A DNA stretch of 64,000 bases from Escherichia coli (GTDB taxonomy: Bacteria > Pseudomonadota > Gammaproteobacteria > Enterobacterales > Enterobacteriaceae). The notes under the pieces are model-generated. The model was given only the letters and a program-made list of their open reading frames with translations. It did not search any database and had not been told where the DNA came from. Location of the stretch: assembly GCF_013315695.1 (NCBI RefSeq), contig NZ_CP054353.1; one strand, written 5' to 3'. Both the position numbers and the translations under genes were made by a program. Positions 1 to 10,429 of the stretch are shown here, piece after piece; position 1 is the first letter of the stretch; every line of letters begins with the position of its first letter.

Positions 1-75
1 ATTGATCTGCATCAACTTAACGTAAAAACAACTTCAGACAATACAAATCAGCGACACTGAATACGGGGCAACCTC

Positions 76-309
76 ATGTCAACGAAGAACAGAACCCGCA
101 GAACAACAACCCGCAACATCCGCTTTCCTAACCAAATGATTGAACAAATTAACATCGCTCTTGAGCAAAAAGGGTCCGGGAATTTCTCAGCCTGGGTCAT
201 TGAAGCCTGCCGCCGGAGACTGTGCTCAGAAAAAAGAGTTTCTTCTGAAGCAAACAAAGAAAAGAGTGACATTACTGAATTGCTCAGAAAACAGGTCAGA
301 CCAGATTGA
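76..309 (+). CDS. ynfO: Qin-like prophage small protein YnfO
   Basis: 77-aa ORF (MSTKNRTRRTT...) directly upstream of the ydfO-like gene; assignment by position and recalled K-12 Qin gene order. Confidence 0.5.
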   Translation: MSTKNRTRRTTTRNIRFPNQMIEQINIALEQKGSGNFSAWVIEACRRRLCSEKRVSSEANKEKSDITELLRKQVRPD

Positions 310-351
310 AGCAATTTAGATAATCGTGCAGACTACGCCCCCTCATATCAC

Positions 352-777
352 ATGGAAGGTTTATCTATGGATCAGGTAGTCATTTTTAAACAAATATTTG
401 ATAAAGTTCGAAACGATTTAAACTATCAATGGTTTTATTCTGAGCTAAAACGTCACAATGTCTCACATTACATTTACTATTTAGCCACAGAGAATGTTCA
501 TATTGTATTAAAAAATGATAATACAGTGTTATTAAAGGGCCTAAAAAACATTGTGTCTGTCAAATTTTCAAAGGATAGGCATCTTATAGAAACGACCTCT
601 AATAAGCTGAAATCCAGAGAGATCACATTTCAGGAATACAGAAGAAACCTTGCTAAAGCAGGAGTTTTTCGGTGGGTTACAAATATCCACGAACAAAAAA
701 GATATTACTATACCTTTGATAATTCATTACTATTTACTGAAAGCATCCAGAAAACTACACAGATCTTACCACTCTAA
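352..777 (+). CDS. ydfO: Qin-like prophage protein YdfO (DUF1398-like)
   Basis: 141-aa ORF; position between ynfO and gnsB; true start may be the internal Met at 367. Confidence 0.6.
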
Positions 778-928
778 ACCATAACGTCCGGCTTCTCTCA
801 CTCCTGAGCCGGACTGCATTGGTTTAATAAAAACCATCAACAATTGTGATTTAGATATTCGGAACCATTCAAATATAACAAAACCCCGTAAAAACGAGGT
901 TTATGGATAAATTTTATTATTGAATACA

Positions 929-1102
929 TCAGATTAAATTAATCTTGACATCATAGCTTTCAAGACCCGTCATTTTTTCCCGTGCGGTAAACTGAATACT
1001 GGTAACTTCTTTCCCGGTCTTTTTCTTAAGTTCAATAATTTTTTTTGTTATATATTCAGAAATATCTGCTTCTGCTTTTGTTTTTAAGTTTTCAATATTC
1101 AT
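929..1102 (-). CDS. gnsB: GnsB-like small protein (57 aa)
   Basis: Manual translation of minus strand: atg aat att gaa aac tta aaa... (MNIENLK...), 57 codons to a TGA stop; below the ORF-track size cutoff. Confidence 0.7.
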   Translation of the reverse strand: MNIENLKTKAEADISEYITKKIIELKKKTGKEVTSIQFTAREKMTGLESYDVKINLI

Positions 1103-1273
1103 CATTTCCTCTTTTAGTCTGTTATGACTTTCCAGTTACACAGTAAGTCGATTATATGGTGCAAACGTGTAAAAGATAAGATGAAACATCGCAATAATCA
1201 ACATACGATAGTCTAAATTTTACACAAACAGACAAAGAGAATTTTCCTGAATTATCAATGCAATAGCATCAAA

Positions 1274-1429
1274 TCAACTCAAGAGCCTTATTGCTGCTTC
1301 CAGAATTTCTTCTGAAGTAACATGTCGATCCGCGGCTACATAAATGACTTTATGATCTCCGGTCAGAGATGGAAACCCTGCGGCCATTACAGTAAGGTGT
1401 GTTTTTTCGCCATTTGGATATTCACGCAT
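1274..1429 (-). CDS. ynfN: YnfN-like small prophage protein (51 aa from internal Met; ORF extends to 1546)
   Basis: ORF 1274..1546; the internal start MREYPNGEKTHL... gives the 51-aa length I recall for ynfN; start choice uncertain. Confidence 0.5.
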   Translation of the reverse strand: MREYPNGEKTHLTVMAAGFPSLTGDHKVIYVAADRHVTSEEILEAAIRLLS

Positions 1430-1775
1430 GATGGTGTTAACTCCAGTCATCGCTGGCACTACCACTGCTGGTTCAGAGTTAAAAAAAACTATGATTTTTT
1501 TCATGATGTTACCGTAGTATGTGAGTACCCATCGAATAGACACCAAGCAAAAAAGCTCCCGAAGGAGCCTTCATTTTCACTTTTTTAAATCCAACGACAG
1601 ACGGCTGGCATTTAAGTATTGTGAAATATTATCAAATGTAATCATCATTGATTTACAAAAGATACATTTTGCCCCGAAAGGATTCATGTCAGAAACATCA
1701 AAAGATGATGTTCTATACTGGGAACCATGACAACACGGGCATCTAAAGTGAATATGGTTTGTAATATTGTCTACC

Positions 1776-1988
1776 TCAAAGCGCCACTACATGAACAGCG
1801 GCAGGACCTTTAGGTCCGTTCTCAATACCAAATTCAACTTCCTGATTCTCAGTTAATGTTTTGAAATCGTTGCTCTGAATTGCTGAGAAATGGACAAACA
1901 CATCTTTGCTGCCATCTTTCGGCGTGATGAAACCAAAACCTTTTTCAGGGTTAAACCATTTCACTAAACCAGTCATTTTGTTAGACAT
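1776..1988 (-). CDS. cspI: Cold-shock protein CspI (CspA family)
   Basis: 70-aa [41 protein letters not shown]... with the RNP1/RNP2 motifs of the CspA family. Confidence 0.9.
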   Translation of the reverse strand: MSNKMTGLVKWFNPEKGFGFITPKDGSKDVFVHFSAIQSNDFKTLTENQEVEFGIENGPKGPAAVHVVAL

Positions 1989-2353
1989 AATTATTACCTT
2001 TTGAAGAAATTAGCCCTTGGGCAGAATGGTCCGAAAAAAAATATCAGAGAGAAAAACCAACAAGGAAATCTCAAGAGGTACAAATAATAAAATTATAACA
2101 ATGACTGCTTCAGATAAATTTGTAACAAACCAGAACACCATTAACGCATGATTAACCACCCATAGCAAGGATTACTTTTGTAAAGAAAAACACAGCAATG
2201 AAAGAATAGCTTTATTTATTAATAAAACGTGTCATTCTGATTAAGACCTTTTATCTTACCCTTAAGATTTCAGGAATTTTGGCTCATGGAAGAGTCCTTT
2301 TTATTTAAATTTTACATTCCGCGATGTAAATGTTCCGATTTAATATTACCCTA

Positions 2354-3373
<1,020 letters not shown>

Positions 3374-3377
<4 letters not shown>

Positions 3378-3685
3378 AGATATTTATGATGAGGACGCTC
3401 GTGCTTATTGGCAGGATTTTCAATCTTAAAGGAGTACTGATGCTGCAGATAAGACTCAACTTTTTCTGACAATTTTTCTGCTACTTCCAGGAAGACTTGC
3501 CGGACGCTCCTTCTGGCTGCTGCCTCATAAAACTCCAGCGCAGCTCCTTCAACACGGTCCATGGCGACATCCAGGTCAAAAATTTCACCGTCAAAGCGTT
3601 CTTTGTCCTGTAAGGCTACAGTTACCGTAACTTTATTCTCAAAATTACGGACTCCTTTCACAACCAGTTCATAGTCTTGAGTCAT
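3374..3685 (-). CDS. ydfR: Prophage protein YdfR (function unknown)
   Basis: 103-aa ORF between the holin and lysozyme genes, overlapping the lysozyme start. Confidence 0.65.
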
Positions 3686-3689
3686 TGGA

Positions 3690-3905
3690 TTACTCTCCTC
3701 TCGCAGCCTTACGCCTGTCTTCTTTAATCTTGAAATAAAGATTTGTCAGATACGTCAGCAGGCCAAAAACCAGGCTACCCAGCACACCGATTGCAGCCCA
3801 CTGTGACGGAGTTACTTTATCGAGTAACTGCAATGCCCAGAAACCAGCATTACCCGCCGATGTGCCATAGGCAACACCTGTTGTTAACTTATCCATTGAT
3901 TTCAT
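3690..3905 (-). CDS. essQ: Class II holin/pinholin (S21-like), 71 aa
   Basis: ORF 3690..3980; internal start [71 protein letters not shown] matches the phage-21 pinholin pattern (two TM helices, charged C-tail). Confidence 0.8.
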   Translation of the reverse strand: MKSMDKLTTGVAYGTSAGNAGFWALQLLDKVTPSQWAAIGVLGSLVFGLLTYLTNLYFKIKEDRRKAARGE

Positions 3906-4124
3906 ATCCTCACCCCGATGTACACGGATGGTGCAATATGTTTGAAAAGCTCGGAGTCTACGGGGTAGTTTTGACAGCACACGTTGTTCTCAACGGCGCT
4001 AAAAAAACATACACATTAAAAATGTGGGTAATTATTTTGAAAGAAAGTCATATATAAAATAATAATACGAGAAATGTTTTCATATTTAGTGTACTGTATA
4101 CGGCCATTTATACAGGAAAAGCCT

Positions 4125-4295
4125 ATGTCAGAACGTAAAAACTCAAAATCACGCCGTAATTATCTCGTTAAATGTTCCTGCCCAAACTGCACCCAAGAGT
4201 CAGAACACAGTTTTTCAAGAGTACAAAAAGGTGCCCTTTTGATCTGCCCTCATTGCAACAAAGTATTCCAGACAAATCTTAAAGCTGTAGCCTGA
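4125..4295 (+). CDS. Small zinc-ribbon protein (C-x2-C ... C-x2-C), hypothetical; possibly ynfU
   Basis: ORF 4074..4295; internal start MSERKNSKSRRNYLVKCSCPNCTQESEHSFSRVQKGALLICPHCNKVF preceded by AGGAAAA; two CxxC pairs. Confidence 0.35.
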   Translation: MSERKNSKSRRNYLVKCSCPNCTQESEHSFSRVQKGALLICPHCNKVFQTNLKAVA

Positions 4296-4350
4296 TTGAT
4301 TTTATTAGTAACAAGTATTTTTTATATTTTAATAATATATTTAAAGCAGA

Positions 4351-4377
4351 TAATAAAAAACCCGCCTGAGCGGGTTT
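4351..4377 (-). terminator. Rho-independent terminator (hairpin aaacccgc-ctga-gcgggttt plus T-run on minus strand) downstream of cspB
   Basis: Perfect 8-bp stem read directly; the minus strand continues with TTTTTTTATT. Confidence 0.6.
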
Positions 4378-4658
4378 GAGATTGTGGTGCTTTTTGTGGG
4401 AGTCATCCACTTACGCACTTTGTTTTGCCATGCCAGCAGTTAGCTTCTGCTGTAAAACTATTCATGCAGCAAACCTGCACTTCACCACAATGGTTAGCAT
4501 ACTTTTCCTGATTAAGATTTTGCCAAATATGCTAGCCATTGTTTCATGTATTGGACCTCCTTACTTTTTATTAAAGAGATCCAATATTCACTACTCTGTC
4601 CGTATCTCTACTCAGGCATCAGCCTTCTTCGTTATCGTATACAGACGAGCGATGAATT

Positions 4659-4874
4659 TTAATCAGTAATGATGACATTTGCTGCTGCAGGACCTTTAGC
4701 ACCACTCTCTATAGAGAAGGTAACCTTTTGACCTTCAAATAAGGTTCGATAATTATCATTCTGAATCGCAGAAAAATGCACAAACACATCTTTACTACCA
4801 TCAACAGGAGAAATAAAGCCGAAACCTTTATCAGCGTTAAACCATTTTACTAAACCAGTCATTTTATTTGACAT
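4659..4874 (-). CDS. cspB: Cold-shock protein CspB (CspA family)
   Basis: 71-aa [56 protein letters not shown]... Confidence 0.9.
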   Translation of the reverse strand: MSNKMTGLVKWFNADKGFGFISPVDGSKDVFVHFSAIQNDNYRTLFEGQKVTFSIESGAKGPAAANVIITD

Positions 4875-5174
4875 TCTACATTCCTTAACTTGAGCCTTTC
4901 GGCATAAATGGTTTGCATAACAGAAACGACTTCGTACTTAATTGGAGAGACTCAAAGAAGGAATAAGTGAATAACACCTGAAATGAGAACTGCTTTAGTA
5001 AACTACTTCGTATATCGTCTGTTCTTCAAACCGACGCAATCATTAACGCATAGTTGAACATATGAAGCAATGTTTATTTTAGACATCCAGCCATCTTCAA
5101 CCCCATCAAAAAACTATAGCTTTCTTCAGGAACGTGTGTATAGTGCGCCAAGTTATCAGTATTAAGGAATTTTT

Positions 5175-5387
5175 TTGTCCCGCAAAATGACAGGAATTGT
5201 CAAAACCTTTGACGGCAAAAGCGGCAAGGGTCTTATCACCCCATCCGATGGTCGTATCGATGTCCAGCTTCATGTTTCAGCGCTCAATCTCCGCGATGCA
5301 GAAGAAATTACCACCGGATTACGCGTGGAATTTTGCCGGATAAATGGTCTGCGTGGCCCTTCAGCTGCCAATGTTTACCTTTCATGA
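5175..5387 (+). CDS. cspF: Cold-shock-like protein CspF
   Basis: 70-aa [42 protein letters not shown]...; CspF/CspH subfamily, assigned cspF by position next to cspB. Confidence 0.8.
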
Positions 5388-5680
5388 GCTATATTAAAGC
5401 TTTAATTTCAGGCCCCATCGGATCACACATGGAGAGTTTTTATGAATAACCCCGTCTGTCTTGATGACTGGTTGATTGGCTTTAAAAGCTTATGCTGTAC
5501 TTTGGCCGTAATAGCTCTGCTAATAATATAATAAGCAGACTCATTGTGTTTAGGGACATTGTACTGGAAGAAAACATTTTAAACATCAGGCAAATAACCA
5601 AGTCACCAGCTAAATAATAAGTTAACAGACATGAGTCCCGGGATGAGATTCAACATTACCATTGCCCCATTTAAAGCACA

Positions 5681-5712
5681 AAACCCGCTCATCAGCGGGT
5701 TTTCTACTTTTT
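5681..5712. terminator. Hairpin terminator between cspF and the Q-like gene (aaacccgct-catc-agcgggttt followed by T-rich tract)
   Basis: Inverted repeat read directly; T-run on plus strand, weaker T-tract on minus strand; candidate late-operon tR-prime. Confidence 0.5.
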
Positions 5713-5808
5713 CTTAACGTCGGGTATACAAAGCCCATCGTTGAAAAAATTTTATCCATATTTTTTGAAAAATGCAAACATCATGTCGCCATCTTCAGCA
5801 AAAATCAT

Positions 5809-6561
5809 TTATCTCGTCACCTTCCTCAATTGCGCTTCCGCGTATGCTTCTTCCTGCCAGCACTTTGTTACCAGTTTACCAATGACGTCCGCATACCCCT
5901 TATACCACTGATAATCGGTCAGGTCTGGTACCAGCTTCTGGACATGACGTCGTGCCAGCGTGGTCGGTAAACGACTAAACCGGTTTCCATTACAACGCCC
6001 ACAAATCTTATATACCGGTACGCCATGAAACCGGGTTCTTTTTTCATCCAGAACAATCCCTTTACCCTTACACCCTCTGCACGCTGTGCTGGCTTCGCCC
6101 TTACCATGGCAATGCTGACATAGTTCCTTCACCCATTCTTCCTTGATTACAGATTCCCCGCGTCTGTAGTGTTTCACCACTTCGCGCAATACATTATAAA
6201 ATCCCGTACCTGAACAATGCTCACAGCGAGCCTTACTTGCCGCAGACCTGGAGTAATCAGCAAAGGCAAAACTCACGAGGTAAGGAATAATCTGTAACCG
6301 GATTTCTTCACTCAATTTGTTCAATGTCGGGTTATTCAGTGCCATCGCGTAATTTAGCAGGCCTTCAATCGCAAACTGAGGGTCCTGAACACCAACTTTT
6401 GCCAGAAATAAGGCCAACCCAAGTGGTGCTTTCGACTGCACCATCCCCTGCGCTGCCATTACATCCGTAATTGTTAAACAACCGGTGCCTGTCGCTGGAG
6501 CGTCATCGCTCAATTTTGGAGATTTTGGGGAGTAATATTTTGGTAAGGCTTCAAGGTTCAT
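5809..6561 (-). CDS. quuQ: Q-like late-gene antiterminator
   Basis: ORF 5809..6591; cysteine-rich zinc-binding region (CQHCHGKGEAS...CRGCKGKG...CGRCNGN) typical of lambdoid Q proteins; lies upstream of the lysis cassette on the same strand. Confidence 0.75.
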   Translation of the reverse strand: MNLEALPKYYSPKSPKLSDDAPATGTGCLTITDVMAAQGMVQSKAPLGLALFLAKVGVQDPQFAIEGLLNYAMALNNPTLNKLSEEIRLQIIPYLVSFAFADYSRSAASKARCEHCSGTGFYNVLREVVKHYRRGESVIKEEWVKELCQHCHGKGEASTACRGCKGKGIVLDEKRTRFHGVPVYKICGRCNGNRFSRLPTTLARRHVQKLVPDLTDYQWYKGYADVIGKLVTKCWQEEAYAEAQLRKVTR

Positions 6562-6574
6562 GCTCGTTCTCCAC

Positions 6575-7663
6575 TTACGCCAGTACGCCAATTGCCAGCG
6601 CGCGATCGATAAAACGAAATATCAGCTCCAGTTGGGAGCCATACTTATCTTCAAATGCCACTGTATCCGTATGCAGCTCGTTGTGATGCTTTCTGCACAA
6701 AGGCAACACAAAGAGATCATGTGCTTTTGTTCCCATTCCGCCCTGCCCGTGACCAATCAGATGATGCGGATCGTCGGCTGGCATACCGCAGCAAGCACAC
6801 GGCTGTGTCTTAACCCAACGTGTGTATTTCTCCTTAACCCAGCGGCGACGTTTAGGCAGCTTCATGAAAGATTCCGGAGACTCTGGATCAACGGTGATGC
6901 TTACCACCGTCTTTTCCTGTGGTGATTTTTGTTGCTGGTGGGCGTAAGGCAACGGTGCAAGATTTTTTGTGCGTTGTTTCAATATGCTGGTGGCGGTCTG
7001 CTCTCCCGGTACGATGTCGCTTTCGCGGTACACCGAGCAGATTTTTTCCGCTGGTAATCCCAGCGAACGACGCGATACAGCCTCAGGTAGTGCATCCACC
7101 ACCTGATTGCAGACCGCCCACCAGGATAATTCAGCCAAAGATAATTCCCGCTCCTGCGTACCGCTTATTGCGTGACGGATGACGTCAATCACCCATGCTG
7201 TCAGATTTTGTTGAGCAAGCAGCTCCAGTGATTCCGATGTCTGGTCACGCAGTTGGTTGTCGCAGTGCCAGCACAACACCATTGCGCCGGTACCATAACG
7301 GTGAATGACTGTTTCAGTGTGATGGTAATCGCCATTAGGCCACTGGCAGGATGTAACATGACGTAATAGCCAGTCGGACAATGCGCCAACGCCGCCAGCA
7401 GCACGAATCACCCGTTCGTTACTAAAAAACGGCAGCAATGTTTTGTCTTCCGCCAGCGGCTGGCGAACGGCAGGAACGACTCCGGATGGCAGATTACGCA
7501 TGCTTTTTGGTTCCGGTTCCACCAGCACTCGAGGATTATGAAATATCTGTATGGATTCACGGCCCGGCTTAAGGACCACCAGCCCAAGCTCAGGCACCAG
7601 AACAGGTCTAAGTAATACCCGCACGTTACCTCCAGATCCGTTGCTGGAAAGTGCGGGACGCAC
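6575..7663 (-). CDS. ydfU: Prophage protein YdfU (DUF968-like, His/Cys-rich motif)
   Basis: 362-aa ORF containing ...CCGMPADDPHHLIGHGQGGMGTKAHDLFVLPLCRKHHNELH...; position before the Q-like gene. Confidence 0.6.
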   Translation of the reverse strand: MRPALSSNGSGGNVRVLLRPVLVPELGLVVLKPGRESIQIFHNPRVLVEPEPKSMRNLPSGVVPAVRQPLAEDKTLLPFFSNERVIRAAGGVGALSDWLLRHVTSCQWPNGDYHHTETVIHRYGTGAMVLCWHCDNQLRDQTSESLELLAQQNLTAWVIDVIRHAISGTQERELSLAELSWWAVCNQVVDALPEAVSRRSLGLPAEKICSVYRESDIVPGEQTATSILKQRTKNLAPLPYAHQQQKSPQEKTVVSITVDPESPESFMKLPKRRRWVKEKYTRWVKTQPCACCGMPADDPHHLIGHGQGGMGTKAHDLFVLPLCRKHHNELHTDTVAFEDKYGSQLELIFRFIDRALAIGVLA

Positions 7664-7904
7664 GTGGTGGGCGTTCGGAATAAGGCAGCCTGACAGAGAT
7701 TATCCAGTGCCGATAGTCGAGACTGAGAGCTTTCTTAACCTCGAACCCGCGCCTGCGGTAAGAATGAATCAGCCATTCGGCCTGTTCTGCAGTGCATGGA
7801 GGGTGCCGGAACCATTCAGACTTGAATGCGTGAGAATACCGCCCGTGCGTGCAGGCAAGAACGGGCGAATTATCAGAATTGTAATATTTTGCGTTGCGTG
7901 CCAT
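7626..7904 (-). CDS. Hypothetical prophage protein (92 aa), overlaps the ydfU start in another frame
   Basis: ORF MARNAKYYNSDNSPVLACTHGRYSHAFKSEWF...; no family recognised. Confidence 0.35.
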   Translation of the reverse strand: MARNAKYYNSDNSPVLACTHGRYSHAFKSEWFRHPPCTAEQAEWLIHSYRRRGFEVKKALSLDYRHWIISVRLPYSERPPRASRTFQQRIWR

Positions 7905-7970
7905 CGGTTTTCTCCGGTGGCACGGTGTTACTCAGCGGGAGTTCAGCCCCGCGCAAGATTGTAGATGAGT

Positions 7971-8222
7971 TTATTCTTCTGAAAAAGCAGAAAAGCCAGC
8001 TTTTATTCCGATCTCTTTCAATACCTGTAATGAAGTGACAAACTCACCGTCGCGCAAGATAAATCCGTCCGTCACTCGGGCATCCACAAAATTAATTAAC
8101 GCAGCCCCATTTTTTTGCAAACACACAATGCGGTAATGACTAACAATATTTCCATTTTCAACGCACACAGCATAGAGGCCATCTTCACAAAAAATTTTAC
8201 GCAGTTCTTCGATGTTCATCAT
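7971..8222 (-). CDS. rem: Hypothetical 83-aa prophage protein; possibly Rem
   Basis: 83-aa ORF located between ydfU and hokD; length and position match my recollection of rem; weak assignment. Confidence 0.4.
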   Translation of the reverse strand: MMNIEELRKIFCEDGLYAVCVENGNIVSHYRIVCLQKNGAALINFVDARVTDGFILRDGEFVTSLQVLKEIGIKAGFSAFSEE

Positions 8223-8340
8223 CAGAATCCTTCCGGATAATTAGCTCTCCCCTTTAAGGGACCATCCCTCTTATCCCTGCGCGCTACTTAAGTATTTTTG
8301 ATTCTATTCCGGCACCGTCCAGAACTTCAAATGCGTTGAA

Positions 8341-8370
8341 AATAAAAACAAAAACCCGCCGAAGCGGGTT
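8341..8370 (-). terminator. Rho-independent terminator of the relB-relE-hokD operon
   Basis: Hairpin aacccgc-cgaa-gcgggtt with a T-run on the minus strand, ~70 bp downstream of the hokD stop. Confidence 0.65.
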
Positions 8371-8438
8371 AAGTGCGGGTGCGTTGAGAATGCCTGCCAC
8401 ATCAGAGGTGGCGAGGGATTTCTCCCTCGCCGGGTCTC

Positions 8439-8594
8439 TTACTCCTCAGGTTCGTAAGCTGTGAAGACAGCGACCTCCGTCTGGCCGGTTCGGATTCGTA
8501 CCTCGCAGAGGTCTTTCCTCGTTACCAGTGCCGTCACTATGACGGTTAAACAGATGACGATCAGGGCGATTAACATCGCCTTTTGCTGCTTCAT
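8439..8594 (-). CDS. hokD: Hok-family type I toxin HokD/RelF (51 aa)
   Basis: Manual translation: MKQQK... at 8594 and ...EPEE-stop at 8439; 52 codons; below the ORF-track cutoff. Confidence 0.8.
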   Translation of the reverse strand: MKQQKAMLIALIVICLTVIVTALVTRKDLCEVRIRTGQTEVAVFTAYEPEE

Positions 8595-8665
8595 AGCCTG
8601 CTTCTCCTGTCAACGCAAAGCAGAAGTGTCACCTTCGGTGCGAAACAGAGATGTCATGCTTTGGT

Positions 8666-8953
8666 TCAGAGAATGCGTTTGACCGCCTCGCTATATACTT
8701 CCGAGCGTTCTCTTTTCCCAACAGAAATCACGAAAACGACAACTTTCTCGTCTATAACCTGGTATACAAGGCGATAGCCTGAAGACCGGAGCTTAATCTT
8801 GTAACAATCAGGCATACCACGGAGCTTGTTTGCTTCAATCCGGGGTGACTCAAGTACTTCAACCAGCTTCTTTTTCAACTGTTCACGTACCGTCGAGCCC
8901 AGCTTTCGCCATTCCTTTAGTGCCCGCTCGTCAAAATCCAGAAAATACGCCAT
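8666..8953 (-). CDS. relE: RelE mRNA interferase toxin
   Basis: 95-aa ORF MAYFLDFDERALKEWRKLGSTVREQLKKKL...; start overlaps the relB stop. Confidence 0.9.
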   Translation of the reverse strand: MAYFLDFDERALKEWRKLGSTVREQLKKKLVEVLESPRIEANKLRGMPDCYKIKLRSSGYRLVYQVIDEKVVVFVISVGKRERSEVYSEAVKRIL

Positions 8954-9192
8954 CAGAGTTCATCCAGCGTCACACGTACTGGCTTAGGATTACGAAGCCG
9001 TTCTTTCACTATCTCCACAAGTTCAGCATCTTCATCACTCAGGAGTGTCTGTTTGAACGGCAAGCGTTCATTGTCAGCGATATACTCGAGCATGAGACGA
9101 AGCGCTTCAGAAGGAGTTACACCCATTTTTTCAAGCGCGGCGTAAGAACGCGCTTTAAGTTCATCGTCAATACGCAGGTTAATGCTACCCAT
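8953..9192 (-). CDS. relB: RelB antitoxin
   Basis: 79-aa ORF MGSINLRIDDELKARSYAALEKMGVTPSEALRLML... (ribbon-helix-helix type). Confidence 0.9.
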   Translation of the reverse strand: MGSINLRIDDELKARSYAALEKMGVTPSEALRLMLEYIADNERLPFKQTLLSDEDAELVEIVKERLRNPKPVRVTLDEL

Positions 9193-9203
9193 GTCTTACA
9201 CCT

Positions 9204-9229
9204 CTTGTAATTACAAATGTCATTACAAG
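9204..9229 (-). promoter_or_regulatory. relBE operator region: two adjacent palindromes TTGTAATTACAA and TTGTAATGACAT just upstream of relB
   Basis: Inverted repeats read directly, 12 bp upstream of the relB start codon. Confidence 0.6.
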
Positions 9230-9522
9230 TATCGCACTACAACATGCTTAGGGCAAGTCACGAAGGAAGTCAGAAAGTAGTCGTAAGAACGGTGATCACT
9301 GTCCGCTTTGTGCCAGGAGCAGCCATTGCTAAGTCCATCCTGTATTGTGCAGGTCAGCTCGTTTTTAAAGAGTCCGGCCATCATCTTACTGGTACAGACA
9401 CCATATACTTTGTGACGGTCAGGCTACATATGCACAACTCAACTTATTCATCTATTTTTTGCTTTAGCATGTCAGTGTTGCTTTCTCGTCGGCGGGTGAG
9501 CGGTGACCTGACCTGTCGATAA
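9217..9522 (+). CDS. ydfV: Prophage protein YdfV (hypothetical)
   Basis: 101-aa ORF divergent from relB; positional assignment. Confidence 0.45.
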   Translation: MSLQVSHYNMLRASHEGSQKVVVRTVITVRFVPGAAIAKSILYCAGQLVFKESGHHLTGTDTIYFVTVRLHMHNSTYSSIFCFSMSVLLSRRRVSGDLTCR

Positions 9523-9674
9523 AGGAACGTAACACGTTTTATGCAACACCCGCATGCGGCAGAAAATTATTGCCGAACGTTTACCCCTGTCAACAAGCTT
9601 TACTTTCTGAGGCGCGCCAGCCCGCGAGGAAAACAATCTGAACATCAAACAATTAATGACACAAGAAATACGAT

Positions 9675-9701
9675 TAAAGATTTTTTTGTGCATGCCGATA
9701 G
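9675..9701 (+). promoter_or_regulatory. Sigma-28 (FliA) type promoter: TAAAGATT-N11-GCCGATAG upstream of flxA
   Basis: Match to the class 3 flagellar promoter consensus TAAAGTTT-N11-GCCGATAA read directly; ~25 bp upstream of the flxA start. Confidence 0.6.
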
Positions 9702-9724
9702 TGCTTTTTTAAAAGGAGAAATCT

Positions 9725-10057
9725 ATGTCTGTCACAATTCAGGGAAATACCTCAACCGTTATTTCAAACAACTCCGCCCCGGAAGGAACATCAGAAATAG
9801 CCAAAATCACAAGACAAATTCAGGTGCTGACTGAAAAGCTTGGGAAAATCTCATCGGAAGAGGGGATGACGACACAGCAGAAAAAAGAAATGGCTGCATT
9901 GGTACAGAAGCAAATTGAAAGCCTCTGGGCTCAACTGGAGCAGTTGTTAAGGCAGCAGGCAGAGAAAAAGAATGAAGACGCGACAGTTCAGCCTGATAAA
10001 AAAGAAGAGAAAAAAGACGATACAAATACCGCTGGCACCATTGATATTTACGTCTAA
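9725..10057 (+). CDS. flxA: FlxA (FliA-regulated protein)
   Basis: 110-aa ORF MSVTIQGNTSTVISNNSAPEG... with a coiled-coil-like middle and Lys/Glu-rich tail. Confidence 0.8.
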   Translation: MSVTIQGNTSTVISNNSAPEGTSEIAKITRQIQVLTEKLGKISSEEGMTTQQKKEMAALVQKQIESLWAQLEQLLRQQAEKKNEDATVQPDKKEEKKDDTNTAGTIDIYV

Positions 10058-10429
10058 GTGACAGCCGTATTGTGGCCCTCATCGGGCCACTTTTCGCCAT
10101 CAGCCTTTTCTTTAAAGACATATTATCTTTGTATCATTTCTGATAGTTAACATTACAAGATATAAGTAATGGACGCACTCCCAATTAGTCTATTTAAATC
10201 GCCACGAGTTTAACTGACAACCCATGATCAATTATGAATTGCAACTATTTCTGTAGTCACTTTTGTGGGGACAGTCCACAAAACTGCCAACTTCCGCTTC
10301 TTGCTCTTAGCGGACATTAGCATAGGCTATTTACCATAACGCCTCATTACGCGCACCGCCCAGACTGACTCAGCGCGTTTCTGGCATATCCCCGGTAAAA
10401 CAAGTAACAAACCACCCGAAAATGAACAC

